64,000 nucleotides of DNA from Hypanus sabinus (lineage: Eukaryota), in assembly GCF_030144855.1 (NCBI RefSeq), contig NW_026779273.1:62001-126000 (forward strand), in the 5' to 3' direction. Shown here one piece after another: positions 46,105 through 60,830 of the stretch. A model generated the notes under the pieces. That model was not told the DNA's origin. It saw nothing but the letters and a program-made list of their open reading frames with translations, and did no database searches. Within the stretch, counting starts at the first letter, position 1. Each line of letters begins with the position of its first letter. The translations under genes were made by a program, and so were the position numbers.

Positions 46105-49100
46105 CTCATGTTTGAGTACTGTTGGGGGGGGGAACAGCCTTCCTGCTGGAAGTGACAGTGGCCGAGTCTCCGGCACAGAGGACGGCCATATAACTCAGAA
46201 GGGTATGGATAGAAGAAAGAGGACCATAGTAATAGGGGACTCGATAGTCAGGGGATCAGACAGGCGGTTCTGTGGAGGTGATCGTGAGTCCCGGATGGTA
46301 ATTTGACTCCCTGGTGCCAGGGTTCGGGACGTTTCTGATCGCGTCCAAGATATCCTGAAGTGGGAGGGTGAAGATCCAGAGGTCGTGGTACATGTAGGTA
46401 CCAATGACGTAGGTAAGAAAGGGGAAGAGGTCCTGAAACGAGAGTATAGGGAGTTAGGAAGGCAGTTAAGAAGAAGGACCGCAAAGGTAGTAATCTCGGG
46501 ATTACTGCCTGTGCCACGCGACAGTGAGAGTAGGAATGAAATTAGGTGGTGAATGGATGCGTGGTTGTGGGATTGGAGCAGGGGGCAGGGATTCAAGTTT
46601 CTGGATCATTGGGACCTCTTCTGGGGCAGGTGTGACGTGTTCAAGAAGGACGGGTTACACATGAATCCTGGGGGGACCAATATCCTAGCGGGGAGGTTTG
46701 CTAGGGCTACAGGGCAGACTTTAAACTAGTAAGATGGGGGTGTGGGCGGGAATCAATTTGAGGAAACCATAGGAGAGGAGGTTAGTTCACCAGTAGAGCA
46801 AGTAAATAGACAGTGTGTGAGGGAGGAAAGGCAGGTGATGGAGAAGGGATGCGCTCAGCCCGAAGATGTGGAGGAGAAGAATGAAAAGGATAATAAATTT
46901 GAATGCACTCTTAGGGATGAAAAGAGAGGAGGAGGTGGAGAGTATGTTAAATGTATCTATTTTAATGCTCGGAGCATAGTAAGAAAGGTGGATGAGCTTA
47001 GAGCGTGGATTGATACCAGGAATTATGATATTGTAGCTATTAGTGAAACATGGTTGCATGAAGGGAGTGATTGGCAACTAAATATTACTGGATTTAGTTG
47101 CTTCAGGTGCGATAGAGTAGGAGGGGCCAGAGGAGGAGGTGTTGTATTGCTTGTCCCAGAAAATCTTATGGCGTTGCTTTGGAAGGATAGATTAGAGAGG
47201 TCCTCTAGGGAGGCTATTTGGGTGGAACTGAAGAATGGGAAGGGGGTAGCAACACTGATAGGAGTGTAATATAGGCCACCTAGGGGGGAGCGTGAGTTGG
47301 AAGAGAAAATGTGTTAGGAGACAGCAGATATTTGTAGTAAACACAAGCTGGTGATTGTGGGAGATTTTAATTTTCCACACGTCCACAGGGAAGCTCATTC
47401 TGTAAAAGGGCTGGATGGCTAGAGTTTGTGAAATGTGTGGATAGTTTTTTTGCAACAATACATAGAAGTACCGACTGGAGATGGGTTAGTGTTGGATCTC
47501 CTGTTAGGAAATGCGATAGGTCAGCTGAAAGATGTATGTGTTGGGGAGCACTTCGGGTCCAGTGATCACAATAGCATTAGCTTCAATATAATTATGGAGA
47601 AGGACAGGACAGGACCTAGAGCTGAGACTTTTGATTGGAGAAAGGCTAACTTTGAGGAGATGCGAAGGGATTTAGAGACAGTGTATTGGGTCAAGTTGTT
47701 TTTTAGGAAGGATGTAATGGAGAAATGGGGGTCATTTAAGGGTGAAATTATGAGGGTACAGAATCTTTATGTTCCTGTTAGGTTGAAAGGAAAGGTTAAA
47801 GGTTTGAAAGCACCATGGCTTTCAAAGGATATTAGAAATTTGGTTCGGAAAAAGAGGGATGTATACAGTAGATATAGGCAGCATGGAGTAAATGAATTGC
47901 TGGAGGAATATAAAGAATGTAAAATGAATCTTAAGAAAGAGATTAGAAAAGCTGAAAGAAGATTGGAGGTTGGTTTGGCAAATAAGGTGAAAGTAAATCC
48001 GAAAGGATTATACAGTTATATGAAAAGCAAGATGATAGTGAGGGATAAAATTGGCCCCTTAGAGAATCAGAGTGGTCAACTATGTGTGGAGCCGAGGGAG
48101 ATAGGAGAGGTTCTGAACGATTTCTCCTTTTCGGTATTCACCAAGGAGAAGGATATTGAATTGTGTAAGGTGTGGGAAACAAATAGGAAAGTTATGGAAC
48201 CTATGACAATTAAAGAGGTGGAAGTACTGGCGCTTTGAAGAAATTTAAACGTGGACAAATCTCCGGGTCCTGACAGGATATTCCCCAGGACCTTGAGGGA
48301 AGTTTGTGTAGAAACAGCAGGAGCTCTGACGGAGATCTTTAAGATGTCATTAGAAACGGGGATTGAGCCGGAGGATTGGCGTATTGCTCATGTGGTTCCA
48401 TTGTTTAAAAAGGGTTCTAGAAGTAAGCCTAGCAATTATAGACCTGTCACTTTGACATCAGTGGTGGGTAAATTAATGGAAAGTATTCTTAGAGATAGTA
48501 TTAACAATTATCTGGAGAGACAGGATCTGATTGGGAGTAGCCAGCATTGATTTGTGCGTGGAAGGTCATGATTGACAAACATTATTGATTTTTTTTGAAG
48601 AAGCTACGAGGGTTGTTGACGAGGGTAAGGCAGTGGATGTAGTCTATATGGACTTCAGCAAAGCCTTTGACAAAGCTCCACATGGAAGGTTACTTAAGAA
48701 GGTTTAGTCATTAGGTATTCATGCTGGTGTAATAAAATGGATTCAACATTGGCTAGATGGGAGATGCCAGAGAGTAGTGGTGGATAATTGTTTATCGGGA
48801 TGGAGGCCGGTTAACAGCGGGGTGCCTCAGGGATCTGTTTTGGGCCCAATGCTGTTTGTAATATACATAAATGATCTGGATGATGGGGTGGTAAATTGGA
48901 TTAGTAAGTATGCCGATGATACTAAGATAGGAGGTGTTGTGGATAATGAGGTGGGTTTTCAAAGCTTGCAGGGAGATTTATGCCGGTTAGAGGAATGGGC
49001 TGAACGTCGGCAGATGGAGTTTAATGCTGAGAAGTGTGAGGTTCTACATTTTGGCAGGAATAATCCAAATAGAAAATACAGGGTAAATGGTAGGGCATTG

Positions 49101-49812
49101 AGGAATGCAGAGGCAACAGAGAGATCTAGGAATAACAGTGCATAGTTCCCTGAAGATGGAGTCTCATGTAGATAGGGTGGTGAAGAAGGCTTTTGGAACG
49201 CTGGGTACAGAAGTTGGAATGTAATGTTACAACTGTACAAGGCATTGGTAAGGCCAAATTTAGAATATTGTGTGCAGTTCTGGTCACCGAATTATAGGAA
49301 AGATATTAATAAATTAGAGAGAGTGCAGAGACGATTTAATAGGATGTTACCTTGGTATCAGCACTTAAGTTACAGAGAAAGGTTGAACAAGTTAGGTCTC
49401 TATTCATTGGAGCGTGGAAGGTTGAGGGGGGATTTGATCGAGGTATTTAAAATTTTGAGAGGGATAGATAGAGTTGACGTGAATAGGCTGTTTCCATTGA
49501 GAGCAGTGGAGATTCAAACGAGAGGACATGATTTGAGAGTTAGGGGGCAGAAGTTTAAGGGAAACACGAGGGGGTATTTCTTTACTCAGAGAGTGATAGC
49601 TGTGTGGAATGAGCTTCCTGTAGAAGTAGTAGAGGCAAGTTCAGTTGTGTCATTTAAGGTAAAATTGGATAGTTATATGGACATGAAAGGAGTGGAGGGT
49701 TATGGGCTGAGTGCGGGTAGGTCGGACTAGGTGAGATTAAGAGTTCGGCACGGAGTAGGAGGGCCGAGATGGCCTGTTTCCTTGCTGTGATTGTTATATG
49801 TTTATATATTTA
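46105..49812 (+). mobile_element. Near full-length CR1, same subfamily as 41190-44615
   Basis: IVIGDSIVRG; CIYFNARSI; GVPQGSVLGP; KYADDTKIGG; tail TGTGATTGTTATATG. Confidence 0.93.
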
Positions 49813-49829
49813 TCCAGGAGACTCTTAAA

Positions 49830-50520
49830 AGACCCTATCGGATCAACCTCCTCAACCGTCGCCAGCAGCCCATTTAAAGTTCTCAAAACTCTCTGCGTAA
49901 AAACGTGCTTCTGACATCTGTTCTAGACGACTCCAAGCACCTTAAAACTGTGCCCTCTCGTGCAAGCCATTTCCGCTCTGGGATAATAGCCTCTGACTAT
50001 CCACATGATGAATGCCTGTCATCATCTTGCACACCCCTATCATGTCGTATATTACACCCCGTCGCTCTAATGTGTATAGACTCTGTTCACTCAAATTATT
50101 TTCATAAGGCATGTTCCCCAGTCCAGGCTATATCATTTGCACCCTTTCTATGGTCTCCACCTGCTTCCTGTTGTGAGGCCACAGTACTCCTAGTGCTGTC
50201 TGACGAGGGTCTTATATAGCTGCAAAATTACATCTCGGCTCTGAAATTCAATCACTCCATTGATGAAGGCCAATTCAGCGTCTGCCTTCCTAACTGTAGG
50301 GTCAACCTCCGTAGCAGCTTCGAGAGTCCTATGCATTAGAACAGCAACGTCCCAAGATCACAGAACTTCATGCAGAACATGAAGCGTCTGCAACCACACT
50401 TTAACTTCTGTGGGCAAGCCAGTTGTAGTCAACAAAGCAGTGAACTCTTTCATCCCATGTCTCTTTACTTTCTCAATAAGCCTTGCATGGAGCACCTTAT
50501 CAAATGCATTCAACCGATAT
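49830..50520 (-). mobile_element. Degenerate CR1 fragments
   Basis: Antisense of FDKVLH.RL.EKV and 3' RT segments. Confidence 0.55.
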
Positions 50521-50646
50521 TTGCTGAAGCGATACCCATTTGAGAGACCTGCCTGGCGATTAGCGTGTCGTTTGAGGACAAATATGAAACAAAAGTTGGC
50601 TTATAATTTTTCAACGTTAATCAAGAGAAAGAGACTATACACTTAC

Positions 50647-50791
50647 CAGGAACAGCTACAATGGCGAGTACAGGGTAGTAAACCAGTTGTAAATTCTTTA
50701 GCACTCGCTCGATTCGAAGATCCAAATCCCAGGAATAGTACTTCGCTATTCCCGCGGTATTCAGGGCTTGATTTCGCAGTTGATGATCCAT
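50647..50791 (-). CDS. GPR139/GPR142-family GPCR, exon 1 (N-terminus and start of TM1)
   Basis: MDHQ...IERVLKNLQLVYYPVLAIVAVP G|GTAAGT; phase 1 matches the exon 2 acceptor, giving ...AVP-V-NMVTIII; 355 aa in total. Confidence 0.85.
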
Positions 50792-51289
50792 TGCTGGGAT
50801 ACTCCAGGTACCGGTTCCCGATCCAGCCTCCGTCCTCTCTCTATCCAGATCCCGCTGGTCTCTGATCGAAGAGAGTAGCGGCACTCACTGAAACTGTCGT
50901 GGTCGTGGATACATATTTATAGAACAGGTAACGAGCAGCCCCAGCTCCGCGGTGACGTCGACAATCCCCACGGACACTCACTTAATTAAGTTCTACCGAG
51001 TGACAGGTGCATTTAACCCTTTATTTGCAGTCCTTCAGCGAAGCAATACATACGCAGACTGGAAGTGTATCCAATATTCCCAGCAAATGGCTGACACCGA
51101 TGTCAGCCGAGTCTGTAAACAGACACAAAATTGAGACTCGCAGCCAGGCGCTGACATACAACAAGTCTGTAAATGAAGGTACACACAGCAAATGAATAAA
51201 ATCAATACAGATAATATAAACAGATAAAATAATTATTGCATATATAGTTTCATCAGCAGGAAGATGGAAGGGTCAGCTGCAGAATCCAT

Positions 51290-51800
51290 CGCCTGAATGG
51301 ACCGTCAAGCAGGTGATCTCCAGGCTTCTGCTCGCCGAGGCGTCAGCTCAGGGAGGCTTCAGTCAAAGGAGGCAAAATAAAGAAAAAGCACTTGTTTAAG
51401 ACTTTCTTTTTCCGTCCATTCATCATATCTGATCAGATGGAATGACTGAGATGCCAGGCAGGATAGATGCATGCTCCTCTTGCGGGATCTGGGAAGGCCT
51501 GGAGATCTCCAGTGGCCCTGATGATTACAACTGCGAGAGCTGCCTTCATCTGGAATTTCTAACAATCGGCGCTCAGTGTGTGGAGCTGGAACTGAACGAG
51601 CTCGGATCATTCGGGAGGCAGAAATGAGAGACAAGTCATAGCGGAAAATTTTACACCGAGGGCACAGCGGACAGGAGACTGTGTGACAGTCAGGAAAGCG
51701 AAACGGCTGAAGGGGCCAGGGCACAACTCCCATGTGGCAAATTCCTTCACATTTTGGATACCTTTGCAGAGTTTGGGCGGCGGGAGAATCACCTAAAAGT
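51290..51800 (+). mobile_element. CR1 5'/ORF1 zinc-finger fragment
   Basis: CSSCGIWE...YNCESC. Confidence 0.6.
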
Positions 51801-52339
51801 GTTCAGTCACAGTGTTCGGGTCTCAGGCACTCAGCTTGACTTTGTGAGTCTGAAGGGAAGTGGGTGGTGAGCGGTGTCTGTGTATGTGGCTTGGCGGGGG
51901 GATGGCGGCCAGGGCACTGCTCCCATGTGGAAATCTGAACTAGGTGTGTGAACAGCTCGAAATCGTGGTCCATTGTGTTACCAGTGACAGAGGTACGATG
52001 AGGGACGAAGTACTGCACTGCCATTTACGGGGGTTAAAAGCGAAGTTAAAAGGCAGGACCCTCCTGGATCTGTTGTCCATGCTACGTGCCTGTGAGGCCG
52101 GAAGCAGGAAGAGTATGCGGAATAATAGGTTGCTAAAGAGTTCTATTATATCCGTGAAGCCTGGAACTGGATTCTGAAGTAGGGTTCTCAGTAATATTAA
52201 GCGCAATGTTAACTGTTAAAGCTAATAAAACGGCTTTTTGCTAGTGTTATAATGAAATGGCTTCTCTGTAGTATTATCTGACGCGGTCTGTGGTTCTCAG
52301 CAGCTGCGATGATTTGGTTATAACAACAGATAACGGGGA

Positions 52340-53570
52340 ACTAACCAATCTGAGACCTGTTATGGTTATTTGCATGTTGGGAACCGAGAGAGTGCTTGCG
52401 GGCTTTTCGACGAGGCGAGTGAAAAGGAAGGGCGAGTCTGGGACAGTTCGGCGATCGCAGGACGGCGGCTACCGGAATTCGACGGTTCGCAGTCTTGTCG
52501 GAAGTTCGGAGGTCTTTTATGGACCAACGAGGAAGGCGTAAGATCTGACGAATTATTTTCTGCACGAAACTGATAAATTTATTGAGCGGCGCATTTGTTT
52601 TACTTGTTTCACCAAACCAAACCACCAAATAAGATTTCGAGTTCCTGTCAGGAGGAAAGGGTCGGAGGTCAGCGAGCTGGGTTGCCAAAGGATGAGCGCG
52701 GAGATCTTAGGGAACGAATTCTCTCATTACTGATGGTGAAGAGGGAAGTGTGGTCAGATTTGGAAAACTTGATTATTTCCCGTCCTCCACCGAAAGACAA
52801 GAGTTTCGACTTGGCATCTGCCATTACCTCTCTGGCGAGAAAGTCAAGGGGCTCCGCCAGAAGATAAGAATTTTCTCTGGGATAACACCCAGCCCCGAAG
52901 GTGAAGAGGATTATGAGACATGGGTAGAACAAACTTCGCAGTTGTTAAGTGAGAGAGGCAGTGCCCGGACGATGAAAAGCGACAGAGATTGGTTGGACGT
53001 TTGCCGGGAGTGGTGGTGGAGGTAGTTCGAGGCGTGAAGGATAGCCACACCTCGGTCTCTAACGTTGAGTATTTGGAAGCATTGGGGAGTGCTTTTGGGT
53101 TGACCGGGAGCTCCTAGGGGAGTTTCAACACATGCGTCAGGAGAAAGGTGAGAGGCTCTTCGCGTAGCTTTGTCGGCAAGAGAGGCTTCTTAATGGCTGC
53201 GGCGCCGAAGGGTTATTCGGGCATCTGAGGTGGATCAGATAAGGATGGACAGGGAACTAGAGGTTCCCAGGCTGAGGACAGGATTGCTTGGAGTCTCCTG
53301 CTTTCCTATAAAACGCCCTACACCATTTTTTGATCAGCTGATCGGAGAGGTGAGGGGGGTAAGAACGCGTTGAGGCTGCGGGATGACTCTCTCAACCATG
53401 CAGTAAAGTCATCAGACCCAGCTCCACCCGGGAATTGATACAGGGGGTATTGGCAGAGATGAGAACTGAGACGTTGCTGGGGTTCAGCGTAAGTGTGGAC
53501 CCTCAGATTGACAGGATTGATAGGGAGAGACAACCCTCCAACTCAGGTGACAGACAAAGCAGAGGGCTGC
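52340..53570 (+). mobile_element. Ty3/Gypsy gag relic (PNMA-like), frameshifted
   Basis: IRIFSG...GEEDYETWVEQ...QCPDDEKRQRL...YLEALGSAFG...QEKGERL. Confidence 0.75.
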
Positions 53571-54068
53571 GGGTTGCGGGGGGTCCGCGAAAGGAGGGGC
53601 GGCCGGAAGAGTGTGCGATAACTGTGGGGAATAGGATCACTTCCGGCTTGAATGTGAGAGCAGAAAGCCCCTCGGAGGGCGCGTCCCTGGGTATCCAAGC
53701 AGGGAAACGTAGAGGAGACCCAATGAGGGAACGGCCTGGGTTCTCTGTGGGAGCACATTCCCAGCAATTTATCAAAGAAACCACGAAAGCAAAAGAGCCG
53801 ATTCGGGAGGGATCAATGGGACCCGCTCAGCGTATCGCTACCGAATCTATGCTGAAGCCATACTCGACACTGGTTCGTAGGTCACGTTACTAGACCGTTC
53901 GTTATACAGTCAGTATCTTAATCTTTTGCGCTTGACCCCATTCAGTGCGGTGAGATTTGGGGCATCATTGCTGGTCATTATCCGTATGATCTGTACTTGT
54001 CAGTGAGACTGGAGTTTTCAGAAGCTAATGTGGGAGTCTCTGAAGTCCTGGAGACGTTACTGCCGGTT

Positions 54069-57000
54069 TAGAACCATAGAACATTACAGCACAGAAACAG
54101 ACATTCTGGCCCGTCTTGGCTTTGCCGAAACATTTTTCTGCATAGTCCCAGTGACCTACACCTGGCCCATATACCTTCAAACCCCTCTCATTCATATATC
54201 TGTCCAAGTACATCTTCACTGTCAAAAGTCAGCCCGTATTCACCACTTCATCTGGCAGCTCATTCCACACTCCTAGCGCTCTCTGCGTGAAAAGCAACCC
54301 CCCCCCCCCACCAATATTCCTTTTAAACTATTCTAATTTCACCCTTAACGCATAACCTATTTTTTGTTTTATCCCTTGGCCTCAGTAGAAAAAATCCTGC
54401 TTGCATTTACTCTATCAATACCCATCATAATTTTATACACCTCTATCAAAACTCCCCTCGTTCGTCTATGTTCCAGGGAATAAAGTCCTAACCTATTCCC
54501 CTTTTTTTTCTGAAACTCAGATTCTCACGTCTGGGAAACATCCTTGTAAACCTTCTCTCCACTCGTTCAACCTTATTAATATCCGTCCTGTAATTAGGTG
54601 ACCAGAACTGCACACAATACTCTAAATTCGGTCTCACTATTGTCTTATACATCCTCACCATTAATTCCATCCCTTATACTCAATACTTTGATTTGTAAAG
54701 ACGAGTACCAAAAACTCTCTTTGCAACCCTATTGACCTGAGATGCCACTTTTAGGGAATGATGTATCTGTACCCCCATATCCCTCTGATCTACTGCACTC
54801 TTCAGTGTCCTACCATTTACTTTGTATGATCTAACTAGGTTTGTCCTTTCGAAGTGCAATATCTCACACGTCCGTGTTAAACTCCATGTGCCATTTTTCT
54901 GCCCATTCCACCAACTGGTCCAATTCCCTTTGTAATATTTAAAAAAATTCCTCACTATTCAGTACCCCTCCAATCTTTGTATCATCAGCAAATTTACTGA
55001 TCCAATTTACCACTAACACGCATGCGGAACCTTGTCAAAGGTCTTACTGAAATCCATGTATACAACATCCACTGCCTTCCCTTCATCCACTTTCCTGGTA
55101 ACTTCCTCGAAAAACTCTAATAGATTGTTTGAACTTGACCTACCACGCACGAAGCCGTGCAGTTTATTTTTCCCAATAAGTCCCTGTCTATCCAAATACA
55201 TGTAGATCCTATCTCTCAGTGTTCCTTCCAATAATTCACCTACTACCGATGTCAAACTTACCGGCCTATAATTCTCCAGCCCACTTTATGGGCCTTTTTT
55301 AAACAACGGAAATACATGAGCTATCCTCCACTCCTCCAGCACCTGACTCGTGGATATCGACGTAAAATATTTCTGCAAGGGCCACGGCAAGTTCAGCACG
55401 AGTCTTCTTAAGGTCCGAGTGATTACCGTGTCAGCTCCTGGGGATTTATCTACTCTGATTTCCTCAAGACAGCAAGCAGCTCCTACTCTTTAATCTCTAT
55501 AAGTTCCATGAACTCCCTACTTGTTTGCCTTGTTTCCATAAACGACATTTCAGTTTCCTGAGGAAATACAGATGCAAAAAAGGGAACATTTAATATCCCT
55601 CCCATTTCTTTTAGTTCCATGCACAGCAGAACACTCTGATTTTCAAGAGGACCAACTTTAACCCTTACTATCCTTTTGTTCTTAACATACCTGTAGAAGT
55701 TCTTAGGATTAGCCTGCACCCTGACTGCCAAAGCAATATCATGTCTTCTTTTCGCCCTCCTGATTTATTATTTTTTAAATATTGGATGGTCTATAATACA
55801 ACCCTATTAATGTGTTCATACCTTTCCTGTTTCTCAGCTCCACCCACATGGCCTCAGTAGACATGCCCTCTAATCTGTCTTGTCGAAGCACTGATGTAAT
55901 AATTTCCCTGAATAGCAAAGCCACCACCCCAACCTTCATCCCTCTGCCTCTATTGAGCTGCCAGTCCCGCCCATCCTGTAGCAAAGTTTCAGTAATAGCT
56001 ATGATGTCATAACTTCACGTGTCAATCCAGGACCTCAGCTCTTTTGTCTTTTCCACAATATTCCTTGCTTTGAAATATACACATCTCAGAAGATTGCTAG
56101 CACGACACACAACCTTACTATTTATGACTTTGCATGAACTACGAACATAATTTATTTTTAACCCGGTTCCACTATCGACTCTGGCAGTCTGGCTCCCATC
56201 CCTCTGCAAATCTCCCTCCCGAATAACACTAGCAAATCTCCCTGCAAGTATATTGCTCCCCTTGTAGTTCAGGTGTAACCCGTCTCTCTTGTGCAAGCAC
56301 TACCTGCCCCAAAACAGGTCCCAATGATCTAGAAATCTGAAACCCTGCCCCCTACGCCAGTTTCTCACATGTTCGGCCAGAGCATCCTACACTTACCCTC
56401 ACTGCCACGTGGCACACGCAGCAATCGGGAGATTACTACCCTCGAAGTCCTGCTTTTCAACTTCCTACCAAACACTCTAGACCTACTCTTCAGGACCTCC
56501 TGACCCTTTCTACCTATGTCATTGGTACCGATGTGTATCACAACATCTGGCTGATCACCCTCCTACTTCAGAATGCTGTGTACGCGATCAGAGACATCCC
56601 TGAGACTGACAACCGGGAGGCAACAAACCATCCGGGAGTCTCTGTCATGACCTCTGTATCCCCTGTCTATGGACCCCTGACTATGGAGTCCCCTATCAAT
56701 ACCGCTCTCCTCTTCTTCCTCCCTCCCTTCTGCACTGCAGCCCCAGACTCAGTGCCAGAGATCCAGCTGCCGGAGCTTGTCCCAGGTAAGCAATCCCCCC
56801 AACAGTATCCAAAACAGCACCCCTGCTTTGAAGGGGAGTGGCCACAGGTGAACCCTGCACTGCCTACCCTTTACTCTTCCCTCGCCTGACGGTAACCCAA
56901 TTACCTGTGTCCCGTTCCTTAGGTGTAACTACCTCCCGAAAACTACTGCCTATAAACTGCTCAGTCTCCTGAATGATCCGGAGGTCGTCCAGCTCCTGCA

Positions 57001-57240
57001 CCGGTTCCTGAACGCGCTCTGCTTGTTGCTGAAGCTGGATGCACTACTTGCAGGTATTGTTGTCAGATACATCCTGAAAGAGGAGTATTCCAACATCGAG
57101 CCTGGCATATTCTCTAGTCTGAACAACAACAAAAAGAAAAAAGAGAAAAGCAGAAACTCACTGGAACCTATCCTGGCCTCTGCCTGTTTCTCGCCAAAGC
57201 CTCATTGAGTCAAAGTCGTCTGACGCACTTCACTGCAACG
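54069..57240 (-). mobile_element. Internally deleted CR1 (ORF1, ORF2 and tail)
   Basis: DGLHLN, CVYFKAR, VYMDFSKTFDKVPH; tail (TTCTA) at 54069. Confidence 0.9.
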
Positions 57241-58149
57241 ATGGCCGCTACGATGATGGTCGCTGCATATGGTGGCTTTCCTTTAAAATTGGCCGCGCTG
57301 CGTCACGCGCCTGCGCGGTATAGCCTCTTTTCCCCTATCAGTTAAAGAAAAATGACCTTCCCTGCGCGATGCTTCAGTCTTCCACTCTCAGACTCTTGAC
57401 TCGATTCACCTTCGTTATGAAGGTGAAAGACGCGTTAGCCTTCATGGAGGAGAATTGACGGAGCTACTCTATCTTCCACAGTGCGGCGGACAATAGCTTT
57501 CCGGTGTTTTTTGAACTCAACTATATTGTGATGACTGCTTCCTAAAGTTTCCGTTATCCTATGATCCCTAATCATTACCGATTAATAACATACCACCCAA
57601 TCTAGTTTAACAGATCTCACAAGTCGGCGCAAGGACAGATTGTAAAAACAAACCAACCCAATCGAGCTGCATTTAGAACAATCCACAGGCGATCATAACA
57701 TCGACCTTTACTCATACATTTTTTTCCCTTTGAAATCTGTTGTCTGTATTCCAGCTACTGTCAGGAGGCCTGCATATACCTCCTTTTACCCTGCCAGTCT
57801 CTTAACACAACCCACAGCTGACGAACATACGTCACTCCTTTTTATTGAGACGATGCCATTCATTACCTGCAGAGCCACGCCATCCAATCAAAAGACCTTC
57901 CAATTCCTCCGATACAACGTGTAGCCTTGGACATTCAGATCCGAAATGCGACCAAACTTCAGCTCCGATTGAGTGATGGCCGCAACATCCTACAATCTGA
58001 CTGTCTGCAACAGTGAGGTAGGTTTTCCCCTGTTAATTGTGGATAGGAAGCACGTGTGTGAGGCCTGCTTTCTGTGGCCTGTATCAGACGTGGGAGGTCC
58101 TGAAGGCTCACAGTCTCCCGGACGGCCATACATGGACCCGGTGTGTCGA

Positions 58150-60830
58150 TCCGCAGCTCGGTAACCTTCTTATGTCAGAGTGAGTGAGGAGGCGATGGAC
58201 AGGATTGTAACAGCGAACAGAGATGCAGATTTCTGGATCTTTTGGACCTCTTTCGAGGCAGGTGTGACCTCTACAAAAAGAAAGAGTTGCATTAGTATCC
58301 CAAGGGGACCAATATCCTGCTGGGGAGGTTTGCTAAGGCTACTGGGGAGAATTTCAACTAGAACTATTGGGTGATAGGAAAAGAACTGAATAAACTGAAG
58401 AAGAGGATGTTTGCTCTCAAATATAAAAAGCTTGTAGACAGTGCGTGAGTGAGGATAGGATAGGTAAGTGAGTGTCCGATAGAGAGGGGACGCGCTGAGA
58501 CCGGCGATTTGAGATGTGTCTATTCTCACACAATGAGTATTGTGAACAAAGCGGATGAGTTTTGAGCATGGATCAGTACTTGTAGCTTCAATGTGGTGGC
58601 TATTGCAGGGACTTGGATGGCTCACGGGTAGGGAGTAAGGCAAAAGTGAAGGGGGCGTGGCACGTTTTAACAGAGAGTGTGTCACGGCAGCAAAACAGTT
58701 GGACATCATGGAAGAATTGTCTACAGGGTCTTTGTGGTGAGAGTTTAGGAACAGGAAGGGTCAATAAATTTACTGGGTGTCTTTGTAAGCCGCCCAATAG
58801 TAACAGGGATATCGAAGCGCAGATGGGGAAGATCCTGGAAAGTTGTAATTAAGGCAGAGTTGTAATGGGAGACTTTAAATTCCCAAATATCGATTGGTAT
58901 CTCCCCAGTGCAGGGGTTTAGATGAGGTGGAGTTTGTTAGGTGTGTTCATGATGTTCCCTTGACAACATATGTAGATAAGCCTACAAGAGGAGAGAACGT
59001 ACTTGGTTTGGTATTGGGAAATGAACCTGGTCGGATGTCAGATCAATCATTGAGAGATAATGTTGAAGATAGTGATCATAGTATGTGCAGAGCAAGAGGC
59101 TACGTCGTGAAATATTAGGTCCTACCACGTGTGACAATGGGAAGGTGTGCATGGAAACAGAGGAAACAGCAGAGGTACCTAAAGAGTTCTTTACTTCAGT
59201 ATTCACCATGGAAAAGGATCTTGGAGAATGTAGTGATGACTTGCAGCAAACAGAAAATCTTCAGCATGTGGATATTATGAAAGAGGATGGGCTGGAGATT
59301 TTGGAAAGCATCAGGTTGGTTAAGTCGACAGATCGGAAAAAATGTACCCCAGGCAAATGCGGGAGGCGGGTGAGGAGATGATCGTGTCTCGGAAGACGAT
59401 CTTTATCTCATTAATTCAAATGGGTGAGGTTCCAGTTGATTGTCAGGTTGCGGTTGCTGTCGCTTTAATCAAGAAAGTGTGTAGAGATAGGCCAGGAAAA
59501 TATAGGCAGTGAGTCTTACTTCAGTGGTTGGTAACATGAAGGACGAGAACTTAACAAGCAGGATCTGTGATCATTTGGAGAGTTATGATACGATTAGAAA
59601 CAGTCAGCATCACTTTGCCGAGGGTTGGTCTTCCCTTCCAAGCCTGATTGCATTTTTTTGAGGTAGTCACTAAACATGCAGACGAAGGAAGAATCCAGTG
59701 TATCTGGATTTCAGCAAGGCATTTAATTAGGTGCCCCATACAAGGCTAATTGAGAAAGTGAGGAGGCATGGGATCCAAGTGGCATTGATTTGTAGTCCGA
59801 TACGGGCTTGCATTAGGGTTGTAGACCGGTCGTATTCCGCATGGATTCGGTGACCAATGGGCGTATCACAGTGACCGGTTCTGGGACCTTTATTCTTCCC
59901 GATTTTTCTAAATGCCCTGGATGGGGAGCTGGAGGGAATGGTTGGTGAATTTGCTGATAACACAACGGTTTGAGGTGTTGTGGGTAGTGTGCAGGGCTGT
60001 CAGATGTTACAGTGGGACATTGATAGGATACAACACTGTGCATTGAAGTGGCAGATGGAGTTCAACGTACGTAAATGTGAAGAGGTTGATTGTGGTAGGT
60101 CAAATATGATGGCAAAAATATACTACTAATGGTAAGTCTTTGCCGTGTCGATTTTCATAAGGGTCTTGGAGTCCGAGTCCAGGACGCTCAAAGCAGCTGC
60201 GCAGGTTGACTTTGTGGTTCAGAAGCCATACGGTGCATGCGCCTTCAATAATCGTGGGATTGTGTTTACGTGCCGAGAGGTAATGTTGTAGCTATTTTGT
60301 TACCTATTCAGACCCAGGTTGGAGTACTGGGCTCAGATCTGGTGGCATCTCTACAGGAAGAATCTGGAAACCAAAGAAAATGTGTCCAGCAGATTCACAA
60401 GTATGTTGCCTGGATGGGGGAGCATACCTTATGCGATTGGTCTTTTGTCGTTGGAGCGAAGGTGGATGAGTGGTAACCATATAAAGCTGTATAGGGTGAT
60501 GAGGGGCATTGATCATCTGAGTAGTCAAAGGCTTTATACCAGAATTGAAATGGCTATCACAAGAGGGCACAGCTTTAGGCTGCTGGAAGGAGGTGCAGCG
60601 GAGATGTCAGGTTACGGTCTTCACGCGGAGATTGGTGAGTCTGTGGAAAGGGCTGCCGGTGACGGTGGTGAAGGCGGATGAGCAAAGGGCTTTTTAAGCG
60701 ACTCCTGGATAGGCACATGGAGCTTATCCGTAACACGAGGTAATTTAAAATGTTAGTAGACGCTCGGCACAACTTTGCCGTCCGAAGTTTCTGTATTGTG
60801 TTGTAGTCCATAATGGTTAACTGATGTTTT
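58150..60830 (+). mobile_element. Highly degenerate CR1
   Basis: Remnants of endonuclease (MGDF.FP.IDW), RT and 3' domains. Confidence 0.75.

Noticed and set aside
52669-53570. Domesticated PNMA-like host gene
   Set aside because: Multiple frameshifts and stops; fits a decayed Gypsy gag
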